A stretch of DNA of 64,000 nt from Pyrinomonadaceae bacterium. Its GTDB lineage: Bacteria > Acidobacteriota > Blastocatellia > Pyrinomonadales > Pyrinomonadaceae. The notes below the pieces were generated by a model, which saw nothing but the letters and a program-made list of their open reading frames with translations, was not told the DNA's origin and ran no database searches. Position 1 is the stretch's first letter; the number at the start of each line of letters is the position of its first letter. The position numbers and the translations under genes were made by a program. Below, one piece after another: positions 63,295 through 64,000 of the stretch. The stretch covers positions 1 to 64,000 of the forward strand of contig JBKBYA010000013.1 in NCBI GenBank assembly GCA_046313635.1, read 5' to 3'.

Positions 63295-63915
63295 ATGCAC
63301 GCCCGAACTCGCCGACAGAAAGAGATACTCGACTTCATCACACGCTACATCAGCAAGCACGGTCACCGTCCGTCTTACCAGGTGATCGGCCGCGAAACGG
63401 GCATCAACGCAAAGTCCGGCGTGCACAAACACATCAAGGCGCTTGAGGAGCAGGGGCTGCTCGAGCGGCGGCGCGTGAATGGAACGTTTGACCTCGAGAT
63501 CAAAACGGCGGCTGCCGGATCTGACAGCTTTTTTGAGATCCCGTGGCTCGATGTGCCGCTCAACGGCACGCGGCTCGAGGAATGGGAGCAGTTTCCGCTG
63601 ATCGTGCCTTCGTTCATGTTTGCCGGCCGCGAGGCCGAGCGTTACTACGCCTACCGCGTCCGCGACAACGGCCTGTGCGAAAAGAACATTCTCGAGGACG
63701 ACGTGATACTCGTCGAACGGCGTTCGCTCGTGCGCGACGGCGAATGCGCCGTTGCGGTCGTCGATCGCGAGACGACCGTCTTTCGCCGATACTATCGGCG
63801 CGGCTCGCGCGTCGAGCTGCAGGCGTCGAATGACGACTTTGAGCCGATCGTCCGTTCGGCCGAGAAGGTCGACGTCAAGGGCATCTACCGCGCTCTGCTG
63901 CGGCCGGCGGGATAG
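63295..63915 (+). CDS. LexA-like repressor with degenerate S24 peptidase domain
   Basis: N-terminal TRRQKEILDFI..PSY.....HIKALEEQG winged HTH; C-terminal S24 layout without AG, Ser or Lys. Confidence 0.85.
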   Translation: MHARTRRQKEILDFITRYISKHGHRPSYQVIGRETGINAKSGVHKHIKALEEQGLLERRRVNGTFDLEIKTAAAGSDSFFEIPWLDVPLNGTRLEEWEQFPLIVPSFMFAGREAERYYAYRVRDNGLCEKNILEDDVILVERRSLVRDGECAVAVVDRETTVFRRYYRRGSRVELQASNDDFEPIVRSAEKVDVKGIYRALLRPAG

Positions 63916-64000
63916 TCTCTCGCCGTTCGTTTTGTCGACGGCCGCCGCTCTTGCCGCAGCCGCACGGGCCTTTCATCATCGTTATCCGTCTCGCTTAGCG

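Overview
GC-rich bacterial chromosomal window. The gene repertoire and protein styles suggest Acidobacteriota, probably Blastocatellia/Pyrinomonadaceae-like; this is an inference and no search was run. Most of the window is housekeeping: pgsA, gyrA, ruvAB, dnaX, tadA, accD-folC-gpmA, uvrA, pdxJ, pfkA, greA, accC, mrp, ygfZ, three tRNAs and SRP RNA. It also holds a minimal bacterial-microcompartment (BMC) locus, a cluster of secreted proteins with a shared C-terminal module, and several decayed mobile or pseudogene remnants. The strongest non-obvious signals are five. (1) About ten intergenic hairpins are built from inverted arrays of 7-bp units, and one of them encloses a whole four-helix-bundle (23S-IVP/Avd-like) gene in its loop. 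(2) An A9 run in dnaX is followed at once by stops in both shifted frames, a likely tau/gamma recoding site. (3) A LexA homolog lacks the Ala-Gly site and both catalytic residues. (4) The BMC locus has 1 hexamer gene, 3 pentamer genes, an aldolase and a Cys-rich small protein. (5) A conserved (P/V)TAA-led C-terminal domain is a candidate surface-sorting signal. Start codons were adjusted by eye where the ORF track over-extends.
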